Assembly (NCBI GenBank): GCA_965219405.1
Contig: OZ244736.1
Span: 1,705,443-1,769,442 of the forward strand
DNA: 64,000 bases
Direction: 5' to 3'
From: Dehalococcoidia bacterium
GTDB taxonomy: Bacteria; Chloroflexota; Dehalococcoidia; UBA6926
Shown piece after piece: positions 44,239 through 53,761 of this stretch. Both the position numbers and the translations under genes were made by a program. Below the pieces are notes generated by a model that saw only the letters and a list, made by a program, of their open reading frames with translations, did no database searches and was not told the origin of the DNA. Position 1 is the stretch's first letter. Each line of letters opens with the position of its first letter.

Positions 44239-46548
44239 CTAGGCAGGCCCGTAGACCGGATCAGGCGGCGTGCTCAACTTCGGACTGTAGTCAGAAGGGA
44301 AATAGATGAATATATCGGAACTTCCCAGACGCCAGGGCGGCTCCCGCAGCGTCCAGTATGTCCAGATGGTCGACCATGCGGAGGGATCGATGACGCCCCG
44401 CGCAATGTCAGTCACGCCCAGTCCTTCATAGTAATGATCGCCACGGTAGACGCCTTCCGGGAACCACCATCTGAGCGGTATTCGGACGCGATTCGCCGAT
44501 TCCGAACCCCATTCAGTTGTCTGAATGTTGGAGGCGCTGCCCGTGTTGATGGCCATGATATTGCCGCGCGGCGGATTGTCATCGGTCACAGCATCCGCTC
44601 CGGCGCCGCACAGCGCCTCGCCGCCCATACAACGATACTCAACGTTCGTGTAGTCGCGCAGATACCAGTGCCACGGCCATGAGTAGCCATGCGCCGTGTC
44701 GATGGTGATGGGCAGCAACTCCCCTTCCCCCGTAGTGGCTGCGTAACGGTCGATCTCGTCAACGGCCTGCTCGAGCGTGGGCGAGGTTTGAGTATAGACA
44801 AGCATCTCCACCGGAACATCGCCGTTCTCAAAGCTCGCGCGCATCGAGGAACGCGCCGTGAGGATCAGGAGCACGGCAAGTCCGCCAACAGCCACTACAT
44901 GACCCACACGACGCGCGTCAGCCTGTCGGGACAGTTCACGAATGTGGTTGATGGCCTGCGGCAGGTACTGGCCGAGGCCGCGCCCCGCAATCATGATGAT
45001 CGGCAGCGTCAGGTGAATAGACAACCACGGCATCTTCTCCCCGGCCATCAGCAGCAGCACGAGCACCAGAAGGAACCAGTAGATGAGAAAGACGTCAAAG
45101 GTCATGAATGCAGGGCGTCGCCTGAGGATAAAGAACCCCGTCACGAGGGCCGCGATGACAGGCAGAAGCTCGTACACAGACAGAACCATGAAGTAGTAGT
45201 ACCAGGGTTGACTCCCCCGCCCGACGTCCTGCTGCGCCACCCAATACCCCAGCGACTGCCAAACGCCGCTGCCAAAGCCAATCCCATTTGTGAGCAACGT
45301 GGTGAAAAGCACAGCGATGAGGAACCAGAACACGCCTGTAATGATTAGCCAATGCCGCCTGTGCCAGATGATGCCCAGAGTCGCGCCAACGCCAACCAAC
45401 GCCAAGAGTGTGAAAACGGCAACGTCCAGTGCCTGGATGCCGAACAGCGTCCCTGCGGCAGGATTCTGGATTTCGTCCAGGTTTGCCAGGTCGAACCCGA
45501 TGCCTGGCAAGCCGGAGAGCCTCTCAATGATCCACGTCGTCACACCTGGACCTTGGGAGATCGGCGCTCCCACCGGGCCGGGAAGATTCGCGACAGCCCC
45601 GCCCTCAACGGTCACACCGGAGTCGGGATTCGCCAGGTGGAGTCCGAGAACGTTCTGGAAGAGGGCAATACCTGCCGCGCCCATCGGCAGCACGAGCGTT
45701 GTCAGAATCATGCCAAACACGGCGGCGGGAGGCCATTCACCCAGTGGTGTGCGAATGAGCCGCCTGGCATCACCGACGTGGGCAAGGAAGAGAAATGTGA
45801 GCGGCACCAGCACGAGAAGATACATGATCTCTTTGGTAGCAAAGCCGACCGCCAATGTTGCCGATGCGATGATTAGGTACCGCAGTCGCCGCGAGTCCAT
45901 ATACGCCCACATCGTCCAGAAGAGGATGAGTGTGATGAGGGCCATGTAGATGTCGTTACGAGCGAATCGGCTGAAGTACAGGATGCCCGGCGAAATTGCC
46001 AGCAGGGCCGACGCTGAGAGCGCGCCGAGTGTGCCCATCCGGTGGCGGTACAGCAGATACGGCAGGGCTACGACGATTGTTCCAAGCAGGGCGGGCGGGA
46101 GGCGGAGCGTCGCATCAGTTGCTCCGAACAGCTCGAACACGAAGCTCGTGGCAATGAATTGGACGGTGCCGTGCAAGAGGGGGTTGTGAATGAACCCCCC
46201 GCCTTCAGCCATGAACCACGAATAATAGCCGTGCAGGCTTTCGTCATGGTGGACAGCCCTTGTCCCAAGGTCCCAGAAACGCAGAACGGCGGCCGCGAAT
46301 ACGATGGCCAGAAACGCGATTGACTCCGGCTTGCGCACCCACGCAACTGCTTCATCAAGTGTCTGTTGCCACGCCATGCGCGACAGCCACACTTGCAGTT
46401 GATTCGTCAATGCGGGGGCATCGGCGGGATCGGAGACGGGGACGCCCACCTCGTCACTCTCCTGGTTGTCATCGATGGCCGAAATGACCTCGCCACCATC
46501 CGCTTGTGATCGTTGGCGGTGCTGTTGCCTATGCTGAGATTCGCTCAT
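44239..46548 (-). CDS. GT-C-fold glycosyltransferase family 39-like membrane protein (TIGR03663-type)
   Basis: A large polytopic protein with an ArnT/PMT-like N-terminal region (DESLHGYY...). It is the conserved partner of the YYY-domain protein. The start is set at the internal Met (46548) to avoid a 134-nt overlap. Confidence 0.55.
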   Translation of the reverse strand: MSESQHRQQHRQRSQADGGEVISAIDDNQESDEVGVPVSDPADAPALTNQLQVWLSRMAWQQTLDEAVAWVRKPESIAFLAIVFAAAVLRFWDLGTRAVHHDESLHGYYSWFMAEGGGFIHNPLLHGTVQFIATSFVFELFGATDATLRLPPALLGTIVVALPYLLYRHRMGTLGALSASALLAISPGILYFSRFARNDIYMALITLILFWTMWAYMDSRRLRYLIIASATLAVGFATKEIMYLLVLVPLTFLFLAHVGDARRLIRTPLGEWPPAAVFGMILTTLVLPMGAAGIALFQNVLGLHLANPDSGVTVEGGAVANLPGPVGAPISQGPGVTTWIIERLSGLPGIGFDLANLDEIQNPAAGTLFGIQALDVAVFTLLALVGVGATLGIIWHRRHWLIITGVFWFLIAVLFTTLLTNGIGFGSGVWQSLGYWVAQQDVGRGSQPWYYYFMVLSVYELLPVIAALVTGFFILRRRPAFMTFDVFLIYWFLLVLVLLLMAGEKMPWLSIHLTLPIIMIAGRGLGQYLPQAINHIRELSRQADARRVGHVVAVGGLAVLLILTARSSMRASFENGDVPVEMLVYTQTSPTLEQAVDEIDRYAATTGEGELLPITIDTAHGYSWPWHWYLRDYTNVEYRCMGGEALCGAGADAVTDDNPPRGNIMAINTGSASNIQTTEWGSESANRVRIPLRWWFPEGVYRGDHYYEGLGVTDIARGVIDPSAWSTIWTYWTLREPPWRLGSSDIFIYFPSDYSPKLSTPPDPVYGPA

Positions 46549-46576
46549 GGTTACATCAACTATACCTAGACGACTG

Positions 46577-48967
46577 TCAGATGACGTGAACGTACCGGAG
46601 GATAACCGTGTCTCCCGATTCAAAAGCCACCTCAAGGCGGCTCGGCATAGAGGCCAGCAGCCTGTCCGCCGTGTCCTCACCAAAGTCACTACGCTCCAAC
46701 GATCCGACAAAGACGTAGTCGATGCCGTAGAACTCGAGCCTGAGTTTCAGTTGATCCTCAGTGAGAGCTTCCCCTTCCGGCACAGTTCCTCCGCGGTAGA
46801 TCTCTTCGGTATCTTCAATGCGCTTCCCCACCAATTCCGTACCGCCACGCCATTGGATCTCATGCCCAAGCCAACCGATAGTCGTCGGCAAGCCCGTGAT
46901 TGCGGAAACGCGTCCGTAGTCCGAATAGTCGTCGCCGAACGCCTCGAGCACGTGGTCGCCGGAGTCGGCATTGTCCAGTAGCCAGTCGATTGCCACGGCA
47001 TCATCGGGGAATCGATCACGGTACGTTGCGAGTCCGTCCAGTTGAACGCTGGTGGACGGCGAGCCCTCAATGCGTTCCGCTGCGCCAAGAGGGCCATAGG
47101 CGGCACCGACAAGCAACAGGGCAATCCCGCCCGCCCCTGCCACCACCACTACGCCTCCCACTGGCAAAGCTGCACGCACTCCCTGCGCAATTGCCCATGC
47201 AGTGCCTATGCCCGTCGCGATTGCCAGCAACGTCCACACCTGGTAATGCACCTTGAAGACGGTGTTCATGCGAACGCCGAATGAGTCCCAGACGTAGAAC
47301 ACCTCCGTAATGACGATGCCCATCGCGGCTGCGGCCACCAACAGGCACGCAAACTGGGTTCCCTGTGGCAGAGGGCCGCCCTCCCGTCCGGTCGGCAGCA
47401 CCGCGAGGAATCCAATTGCCGCCAACGCCATTGCGGGCGCGGCCACAAGCCAGCGCACACCCACATCGGTCACTGTGGGCGCATCAACGGGGATTGGAGC
47501 GTCATGAGGCAGGAGAGTCCACCCAATCACGATGAATGTCCAAAGAATGAGCGGGAGAGCAGCCAGGAACGTGACGGCACCCAAGTACAGATTCGATACG
47601 TCCCTGTGTCTCAGCCGGGTGACGGCGAATACGGCGGGCGGGAGAATGGCCAGTGCCATCGGGCCCCATATGCGCGCATAGTGGCTGAGCTCAGTGCCGG
47701 ATGCATGCACGGGCAGGACACCCCGCACGCCGCTGCTCACGGTCAGGTAGAACGGGGAAAATAGCGCCAGGGAGAGGATGGCGATCGCTGCTGCCGGGAT
47801 CACGATGTCGAGAGTCGTCTGCTTGCTCAACAAGCCCTGCCCGAGCCCCTCTTCTCGCAGCCGCCTCGCCTTGATGGCAACTATTAGCAGCAGAACGTAC
47901 GCCAACCAGTCCCAGGTGTTGATAAAGCCAAGCGCCCCGACAATCAGCGCGGTCAGGAAGAGTTCACCGGCGCGCTGTCTCGGCCATGACATGTCCGGGG
48001 CGTCCGGCTTGCACAGCCACGCAAACGCCACGGTGAGGGCAAGCAGGACGAATGGCAGCGACATAACATGCGGATGGAGATCGCCCAGCAAGAAGCTGAA
48101 TGCGGGGAATTCATCGATGGGAGAAAGCACGCCCGGATCCTCGATGATGCGCGTGGAATCCCACCACCAGAAGCTGAATCCCGTCGCCCCTTCCAACGAA
48201 AGCGCTTCCGTTAGCGCTCGTATCCCGCCGCTCAGATTGCCCGCAATCAGCAGCGTAATGACGGCCGAGACGCCGCCAACAACCGCAAGAACATCGAGCC
48301 GCGGCGGCGGCACCCGAGTAATTCCGGCTCTCAGCACTGCGTTCATTGTCAGTGAAAATGCGGAGACGGCCGTGAGGGCAAAGAGCGTGATGAATGCGAG
48401 GTTGTAACCCGTTGTAGCCACTGCGCCGGTGAGTCGCGCCGGAATGCTGAAGATCAGGTAGCCAAAGTGGTAGTAACTGATGGAATGATCGGCCAGCCAA
48501 GGGTCGGCTGCGGGAAACGTCGAACTGCGGAGGGAACTTGCAAGAAATGCCAGGTCCATCGGCTGCTCGGTTGTGAGACCGGTGATAGCCGTAGAAATGG
48601 TGATGTCCGGCGCGAGGACGCGAAAGGTGGCAAACAGAACGAACGCGACCAGGAAGACGGCCTCGCTCGCCACAAGCAGCCGCCAGCGACTGCGGACAAA
48701 GTCGACCATCTCTTCACGGTTTTGTCGCGCTAATACGAAGCTCGCGCCGAGCAAAAGGGCAAGGACGGCCAGCAGGGAGAGTAGCCCATTATCCAGGACT
48801 CTTGCGGTGACGAGGGCCCAGTAGGCATAGGCCAGCACAAGAATACCCAAGACCTTGGAGACCCCATAGCCGCGGTCCGGCAGGTCACGGAAGAACGGGA
48901 ACGCCCAGGCAAAGCCGGCCGCGCCAATGACCTGAATGAGGACGAGCCAGAGAACCAGGTGGAGCAT
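46577..48967 (-). CDS. DUF2298 / YYY-domain membrane protein (TIGR03662 'Chlor_Arch_YYY'-type)
   Basis: HSISYYHFGYLIFSIP is the YYY motif. A ~790-aa polytopic protein. Confidence 0.6.
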   Translation of the reverse strand: MLHLVLWLVLIQVIGAAGFAWAFPFFRDLPDRGYGVSKVLGILVLAYAYWALVTARVLDNGLLSLLAVLALLLGASFVLARQNREEMVDFVRSRWRLLVASEAVFLVAFVLFATFRVLAPDITISTAITGLTTEQPMDLAFLASSLRSSTFPAADPWLADHSISYYHFGYLIFSIPARLTGAVATTGYNLAFITLFALTAVSAFSLTMNAVLRAGITRVPPPRLDVLAVVGGVSAVITLLIAGNLSGGIRALTEALSLEGATGFSFWWWDSTRIIEDPGVLSPIDEFPAFSFLLGDLHPHVMSLPFVLLALTVAFAWLCKPDAPDMSWPRQRAGELFLTALIVGALGFINTWDWLAYVLLLIVAIKARRLREEGLGQGLLSKQTTLDIVIPAAAIAILSLALFSPFYLTVSSGVRGVLPVHASGTELSHYARIWGPMALAILPPAVFAVTRLRHRDVSNLYLGAVTFLAALPLILWTFIVIGWTLLPHDAPIPVDAPTVTDVGVRWLVAAPAMALAAIGFLAVLPTGREGGPLPQGTQFACLLVAAAAMGIVITEVFYVWDSFGVRMNTVFKVHYQVWTLLAIATGIGTAWAIAQGVRAALPVGGVVVVAGAGGIALLLVGAAYGPLGAAERIEGSPSTSVQLDGLATYRDRFPDDAVAIDWLLDNADSGDHVLEAFGDDYSDYGRVSAITGLPTTIGWLGHEIQWRGGTELVGKRIEDTEEIYRGGTVPEGEALTEDQLKLRLEFYGIDYVFVGSLERSDFGEDTADRLLASMPSRLEVAFESGDTVILRYVHVI

Positions 48968-48994
48968 GGGAGAATACTCCGAGCGCTCGCGCCT

Positions 48995-49903
48995 TTACGC
49001 GAGGAGCGCCGTCACGAACGCTTGGGCATCGAACGGCTCCAGGTCGTCGAGCCCCTCGCCGGTGCCGATATATGTCACGGGGACTCCGAACTCTCGCCGC
49101 ACAGCGATCGCAATGCCCCCCTTGGAGGTGCCATCGACCTTGGTCAGGATTACGCCGTCCACACCAACGGCCCCCATGAACTCACGTGCCTGCGAAAGGC
49201 CGTTCTGCCCCGTCGTGGCGTCAATCACCAAGAGCACACTGATGTCCGCCGGGTCCACGGCTCGTTCCACCACGCGCCGCACCTTGCGCAGCTCATCCAT
49301 CAGCGAGGTCTTGGTCTGCAAGCGTCCGGCGGTGTCAATGATGACGGTGTCCACGCCACGGGATTTGGCAGCGGCAACACCATCAAAAGCCACCGCGCCG
49401 GGGTCTGCGCCATGCTGTTGCGCAATGACGGGCGCGCCGATTCGCTCACCCCATATCTGCAACTGTTCGATGGCCGCCGCACGGAAAGTGTCCCCCGCCA
49501 CCAACAAGACGCGCCGATTCTCCGTCATCTCGCGGCGGGCAAGCTTGGCGATGCTGGTTGTCTTGCCGCTGCCGTTCACGCCAACTACGAGGATGACACG
49601 GGGAGTACCCGATGCTGTTTGAGCTGAGGCGGGTGATGCACCGTTTACCGCAACGTCCACGAGTTCAGCCGCAAGGGCATCACGCAGATCGCCCGGTTTC
49701 GCGCCGCGAATCTTTTCGACGCGATCGCGGGTGTTGGAGATGAGCTCTTCGCTCAGGTCGAGACCGACATCTGCGCCGATCAGCGCCTCCTCGAGCTCGT
49801 CCCACACCTCCGGCGGAATCGAATTCCTGCCGAAAATGTTTGTGACACGGCCGAACCACGCCCGCTTGGTTCTGCCAAGACCCTTTTCGATGGATGAAGC
49901 CAC
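48995..49903 (-). CDS. ftsY: signal recognition particle receptor FtsY (short form)
   Basis: NG domain: GVNGSGKTTSIAKLA, DTAGR, LTKVDGTSKGG. The start is ambiguous: a GTG at 49903 lies just after the hisD stop, and ATG alternatives at 49951/49987 would overlap hisD. Confidence 0.8.
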   Translation of the reverse strand: MASSIEKGLGRTKRAWFGRVTNIFGRNSIPPEVWDELEEALIGADVGLDLSEELISNTRDRVEKIRGAKPGDLRDALAAELVDVAVNGASPASAQTASGTPRVILVVGVNGSGKTTSIAKLARREMTENRRVLLVAGDTFRAAAIEQLQIWGERIGAPVIAQQHGADPGAVAFDGVAAAKSRGVDTVIIDTAGRLQTKTSLMDELRKVRRVVERAVDPADISVLLVIDATTGQNGLSQAREFMGAVGVDGVILTKVDGTSKGGIAIAVRREFGVPVTYIGTGEGLDDLEPFDAQAFVTALLA

Positions 49904-49919
49904 AGGAGTGTTCTTCCGC

Positions 49920-51260
49920 CTAGTCCGCTGAATCCACGGCGGTCTCGGCATCCATGCGAATTTCGAGCGCGTTGGCGTGCGCGACAAGACCTTCCGCCCG
50001 TGCGATGGCGATGCCGCTCGGTCCCAGGGCCTGCAGCCGCTCCTCCGGCACAGATACGAGGCTGGTCACCTTGAGGAATTCAAAGACGTTGACTGGGGAA
50101 CTGTACCGAGCTGCGCCGCCCGTCGGCATGGAGTGGCTTGGCCCTGCGATGTAGTCCGCCAGCACCTCGGGCGAGTGCTCGCCCACAAAGATGCCGCCCG
50201 CGTTGCGCAGGCGGGGGATCAGCGCGTGCGGATCCTGCGTCATGATGCAGAGGTGTTCAGGCGCGAAAGCGTTGCAGAAGTCGGCAATCTCATCGTCAGA
50301 GTCGACGATGACAAACCCGCCGGTCTGCGTTGAAAGATGCGCCGGAGAATTCTCCGGCAGGTCTCGCAGTTGGCGCTCCAGTTCCCTGCCCGTCCGTGTC
50401 GCCATTCGTTCTGAGGTTGTCACCATCACCACGCGTGCCTCGGGGTCGTGCTCCGCTTGCGCCAGCAGGTCTGCCGCGCACAACGCCGGATCGGAGCGAT
50501 CGTCCGCGATGACCAGCGTTTCCGTCGCGCCCTGCAGGGAATCAACGCCCACGACACCATAGACGGCTTTCTTGGCCAGCTGCACGAGGAGATTGCCGGG
50601 ACCGAAAATCTTGTCTACCTGCGGCACTGAGTCCGTGCCCAGCGCGAACGCAGCGACGCCCTGCGGTCCGCCGACACGAAACACACGATTGATGCGCGCG
50701 ATGCTGCATGCAACGAGCGTCACCGGGGCAACGATGCCGTTGGCCCGTGCGGGCGTTGTGACGAATATCTCCGGCACGTTGGCAACGCGGGCGGGGATAC
50801 CGATCATCAGAACGGTGGACGGGTACGCAGCCCGGCCGCCAGGCACGTAGATGCCGGCGCGCTGCACGGGGCGGATAAGTTGGCCAACGCCCCGCTCAAA
50901 ATCCATCCAGCCGGTTCGCGACTGCTGCGCGTGAAACGCTTCGATTTCTTCCGCCGCCTTGTGCATCGCATCGATGACGTGGGTATCCACGCTGTCGTAG
51001 GCGCGGGCGATTACTTGCTGCGTCACCTCAAGCGCGGAAAGTTCTACGCCATCGAATTTGCGGGCAAGTTCCCGGATGCCCTCATCGCCGTCCACGCGCA
51101 CCATCTCGATGACGCGTCGCACGCCCTCCTCAGGGGAAATCCTCTCACCGAACGCCCCCTCAAGAAACGAGAGTGTGGATTCTGACGCCTGCGGATTTAG
51201 CCATGGGTTGGCCGTAATCAGCCCGGCCCTGGCCTCCTCAAGTCCGCGAAAGGTCTTCAT
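49920..51260 (-). CDS. hisD: histidinol dehydrogenase
   Basis: Full-length match to HisD motifs (GGPQGVAAFALGT, AQAEHDPEARVV, IAGPSHSMPTGG). Confidence 0.85.
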   Translation of the reverse strand: MKTFRGLEEARAGLITANPWLNPQASESTLSFLEGAFGERISPEEGVRRVIEMVRVDGDEGIRELARKFDGVELSALEVTQQVIARAYDSVDTHVIDAMHKAAEEIEAFHAQQSRTGWMDFERGVGQLIRPVQRAGIYVPGGRAAYPSTVLMIGIPARVANVPEIFVTTPARANGIVAPVTLVACSIARINRVFRVGGPQGVAAFALGTDSVPQVDKIFGPGNLLVQLAKKAVYGVVGVDSLQGATETLVIADDRSDPALCAADLLAQAEHDPEARVVMVTTSERMATRTGRELERQLRDLPENSPAHLSTQTGGFVIVDSDDEIADFCNAFAPEHLCIMTQDPHALIPRLRNAGGIFVGEHSPEVLADYIAGPSHSMPTGGAARYSSPVNVFEFLKVTSLVSVPEERLQALGPSGIAIARAEGLVAHANALEIRMDAETAVDSAD

Positions 51261-52021
51261 GCGAGGATCTCCTCCGCGTGCTTAACCGACTGCTCCATCG
51301 CTATCATTTTGTGCTTCTGAATGATGTCACGGGGGACACGGTCATAGACACGATCAAGCATCTCCTGCGGATCGGCCATCAATTGTTCAACCTCCACACC
51401 GTCAAGGTCGGGATCATCCAGGTAACGCGAGATAAAGCGCGGAAATTCCTCCCACGTGCCGGGCAGTGTCAGGACGCGGCCCGCCACAAAGGCGCTCCAT
51501 TCCTGCAAAACGTTCTGCGAGATAAACGAGTCAGGCACGCCGTCAATGATGCTATTTGAAGCGATAATGTTCCTCTGCCAATCAGTCAATTGCTCGCGGT
51601 TGCCGCGTATACCAACCTCCAGTTCATATTGCATGGCACGATCCAGGATGTTCTTCGTCGGCTCAGCACCAAGATACTCATCATCCTCAAAAAAGGGGCG
51701 GTAGACGTTGACGATCCACGCCTCGTCCGCAGCAAGGTGGCTTGCGTAACCAACAAGGAATGCAGTCAATGCCCAGTCATCCTCCGGGGATCGAGAGACA
51801 AGGTCAGGTAGTGCCATTTTCATGCCGCGAAAGCCGTCTCCCGCTCTGCTCTCGGTGAGGTGGAAATAGTGCGTGTCCTCGCGCGGCTCTCGGGTCATCA
51901 CACGGCGGTCAGGCGCAGTTGAGCCAAGCAGCGCGGGCCCAATGTGCTCCCGAAGTTCGTCAATACCCAGTTCGCCCACTAGTTCCTGGATAATGCTCAG
52001 GTGTACTGCCAGCATCGGCAT
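51257..52021 (-). CDS. hypothetical protein, possibly zinc-dependent phospholipase C / P1-nuclease-like fold
   Basis: MPMLAVHL..., DTHYFH and ASHLAADEAW resemble the His/Asp metal-ligand spacing of the Zn-PLC family. The gene sits between hisG and hisD with a 4-nt overlap to hisD. Confidence 0.35.
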   Translation of the reverse strand: MPMLAVHLSIIQELVGELGIDELREHIGPALLGSTAPDRRVMTREPREDTHYFHLTESRAGDGFRGMKMALPDLVSRSPEDDWALTAFLVGYASHLAADEAWIVNVYRPFFEDDEYLGAEPTKNILDRAMQYELEVGIRGNREQLTDWQRNIIASNSIIDGVPDSFISQNVLQEWSAFVAGRVLTLPGTWEEFPRFISRYLDDPDLDGVEVEQLMADPQEMLDRVYDRVPRDIIQKHKMIAMEQSVKHAEEILA

Positions 52022-52035
52022 AGGATCGACACCCG

Positions 52036-53109
52036 TTAGCGGAGCGGCAGTTCCGGCGGCTCGCCGAAATGCTGCGTGAGGGGAAATGCGATGACGTCCG
52101 TCGCCCCAATCGTCCGCAGTGATTCAGTCGCGACGAGTTGCTCGGTCTGCTGATGATTGATGACGAACGACACGGAAAACCACTGTTGCCCGTTGTCGCT
52201 GTCGAGGCTCTCACGCGTAACCACCGGGGCTATCGTGGGCCCCTTCAGTCCTACACTGCCCAAAGACGGCAGATCGAAAAGCTTGCGGGCAACATCTTCG
52301 GGGGTATTTCCGGGAACGTTGGCCATGACTACATAGCGCCCTTCTGCGTTGAGATTGGCCTGGATGTACTCAAGCACCAGCCAGGCAGACTGCACGGCCT
52401 GATCGTCATAGACTTCCTTGTTCACGCAGGCGACAAGCGCAGCGCTCGAGTTCAGTATCGGCCGAGGTGGATTGCCCAAACGCAGGCCGGTCAACGAATG
52501 GGCCGAAAGCGTCGATCCCGTGACAACGACATCTGCAATCAAGTCAGCCGCGCCCAGGCGTGGCAGCAACTCGTGCGAACCCTGGAACAATCTTACTCCC
52601 TTGCCGGAGATGCCGTGAGCCTCCATGTAGTTCTGCGTGAGGCCGGGATACTTGGTGGCGACGCGCAGATCCCGACCTAGTTGCCGGGCCCATCCCGTTA
52701 GATCGCCGACCGGAATATCCCCGGAATCGCCAAACCGACGGCTGGGCGCAGCCAACATCAGTCGACTGTGTCCGAATCCAAGATCAGGGATGAGGCATGA
52801 CACGTTCTCCAGGCCGGTCAGGCTTTTCTCTTCAAACCAGTCGCGTCCGGTGATGCCCAGATGCGCGCCGCCCTCAGCAACGATGGACGGAATATCATCC
52901 GGCCTGAGAAAGACGGCCTCGCACTCAGGAATGTCGCGCACCTCTTCGACAAGGCCGGTCCCACGGCGGGACACGTGGATGCCGCACGCGTTGAGCATTG
53001 TCAGCGTGTCGTTTGCCAGTCGATTGTTACTGGGGAGAGCCAGCCGTAGCACGTTCGCCTCGCCTCTATCCACATGTGCCGCAATCGTCACATGGCCGCG
53101 GCACGCCAA
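52036..53109 (-). CDS. hisG: ATP phosphoribosyltransferase, long form with C-terminal regulatory domain
   Basis: VLRLALPSNNRL...G with PRT-fold motifs. A likely GTG start is at 53052. Confidence 0.8.
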   Translation of the reverse strand: MACRGHVTIAAHVDRGEANVLRLALPSNNRLANDTLTMLNACGIHVSRRGTGLVEEVRDIPECEAVFLRPDDIPSIVAEGGAHLGITGRDWFEEKSLTGLENVSCLIPDLGFGHSRLMLAAPSRRFGDSGDIPVGDLTGWARQLGRDLRVATKYPGLTQNYMEAHGISGKGVRLFQGSHELLPRLGAADLIADVVVTGSTLSAHSLTGLRLGNPPRPILNSSAALVACVNKEVYDDQAVQSAWLVLEYIQANLNAEGRYVVMANVPGNTPEDVARKLFDLPSLGSVGLKGPTIAPVVTRESLDSDNGQQWFSVSFVINHQQTEQLVATESLRTIGATDVIAFPLTQHFGEPPELPLR

Positions 53110-53152
53110 ATCATCATGTGTTCGTTCTTGTAGATTCTAGCGTAGGCCAAAC

Positions 53153-53761
53153 TCAGAACAAAACGTCACCCACAACGGGGAGATTCTCGATAAAGTCCAC
53201 GCCGTAGTAGCCGGCAATCGCGATAGCGGTCACAAGGATTAGCTTGCCCGCCGCCACGATGAGCAGAAAGCGCCCCAGTGGATAGCGAATCGCGCCTGCC
53301 CACACGCCTGCAAAGTCAAACGGTAGAGGGGTGGCCGCAAAGACGAAAATCGCCCAGCCACGCCATCGCTCCCCCATTGTTTCAAGCCTCCTGTACCACC
53401 TGCTCTCATCAATAATTGATGAGCCGCCGCGGCCGGCCATGTAGGCGGTAATTTCCCCCAGCGCGGCACCCGCCGCGCCAAAGAGTCCGATCAGCAGGGG
53501 GTTGAGCGTGCCGGAGACGGCGAAAATGACCGCATGGCCGGGCACGGGAAACAACACGACCGTCGCGCTGTTGATGAGTTGCAGCAGGAAGACACCGAGG
53601 TATCCCCAGTCGCCGAGCCCCTCGACGAAGCTCGCGTAGCGAATGAGCAGCACGATGACTGCGATCGAGATAACGAGCGCTCCACCAAGTTGGAGCGCTG
53701 CAACTAGGCGATTCTCTCGCCGCTGAGCGCCGGGAGACGCCGCCGTGGTGTTGTCCATCAC
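53153..53761 (-). CDS. DedA/SNARE-associated (VTT-domain) membrane protein
   Basis: VLFPVPGHAVIFAVSG and GYYGVDFI are typical of DedA/YqaA. Confidence 0.7.
   Translation of the reverse strand: MMDNTTAASPGAQRRENRLVAALQLGGALVISIAVIVLLIRYASFVEGLGDWGYLGVFLLQLINSATVVLFPVPGHAVIFAVSGTLNPLLIGLFGAAGAALGEITAYMAGRGGSSIIDESRWYRRLETMGERWRGWAIFVFAATPLPFDFAGVWAGAIRYPLGRFLLIVAAGKLILVTAIAIAGYYGVDFIENLPVVGDVLF

Noticed and set aside
45290-45949. 219-aa and 174-aa plus-strand ORFs
   Set aside because: Antisense within the GT39-like membrane protein gene.
46549-46710. 54-aa N-terminal extension of the GT39-like ORF
   Set aside because: It would overlap the upstream YYY gene by 134 nt. The internal Met at 46548 gives a normal 28-nt intergenic gap.
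47778-48407. 209-aa plus-strand ORF
   Set aside because: Antisense within the YYY-domain gene.
48936-49627. 228-aa and 222-aa plus-strand ORFs
   Set aside because: Antisense within ftsY.
52138-52680. 180-aa plus-strand ORF
   Set aside because: Antisense within hisG.
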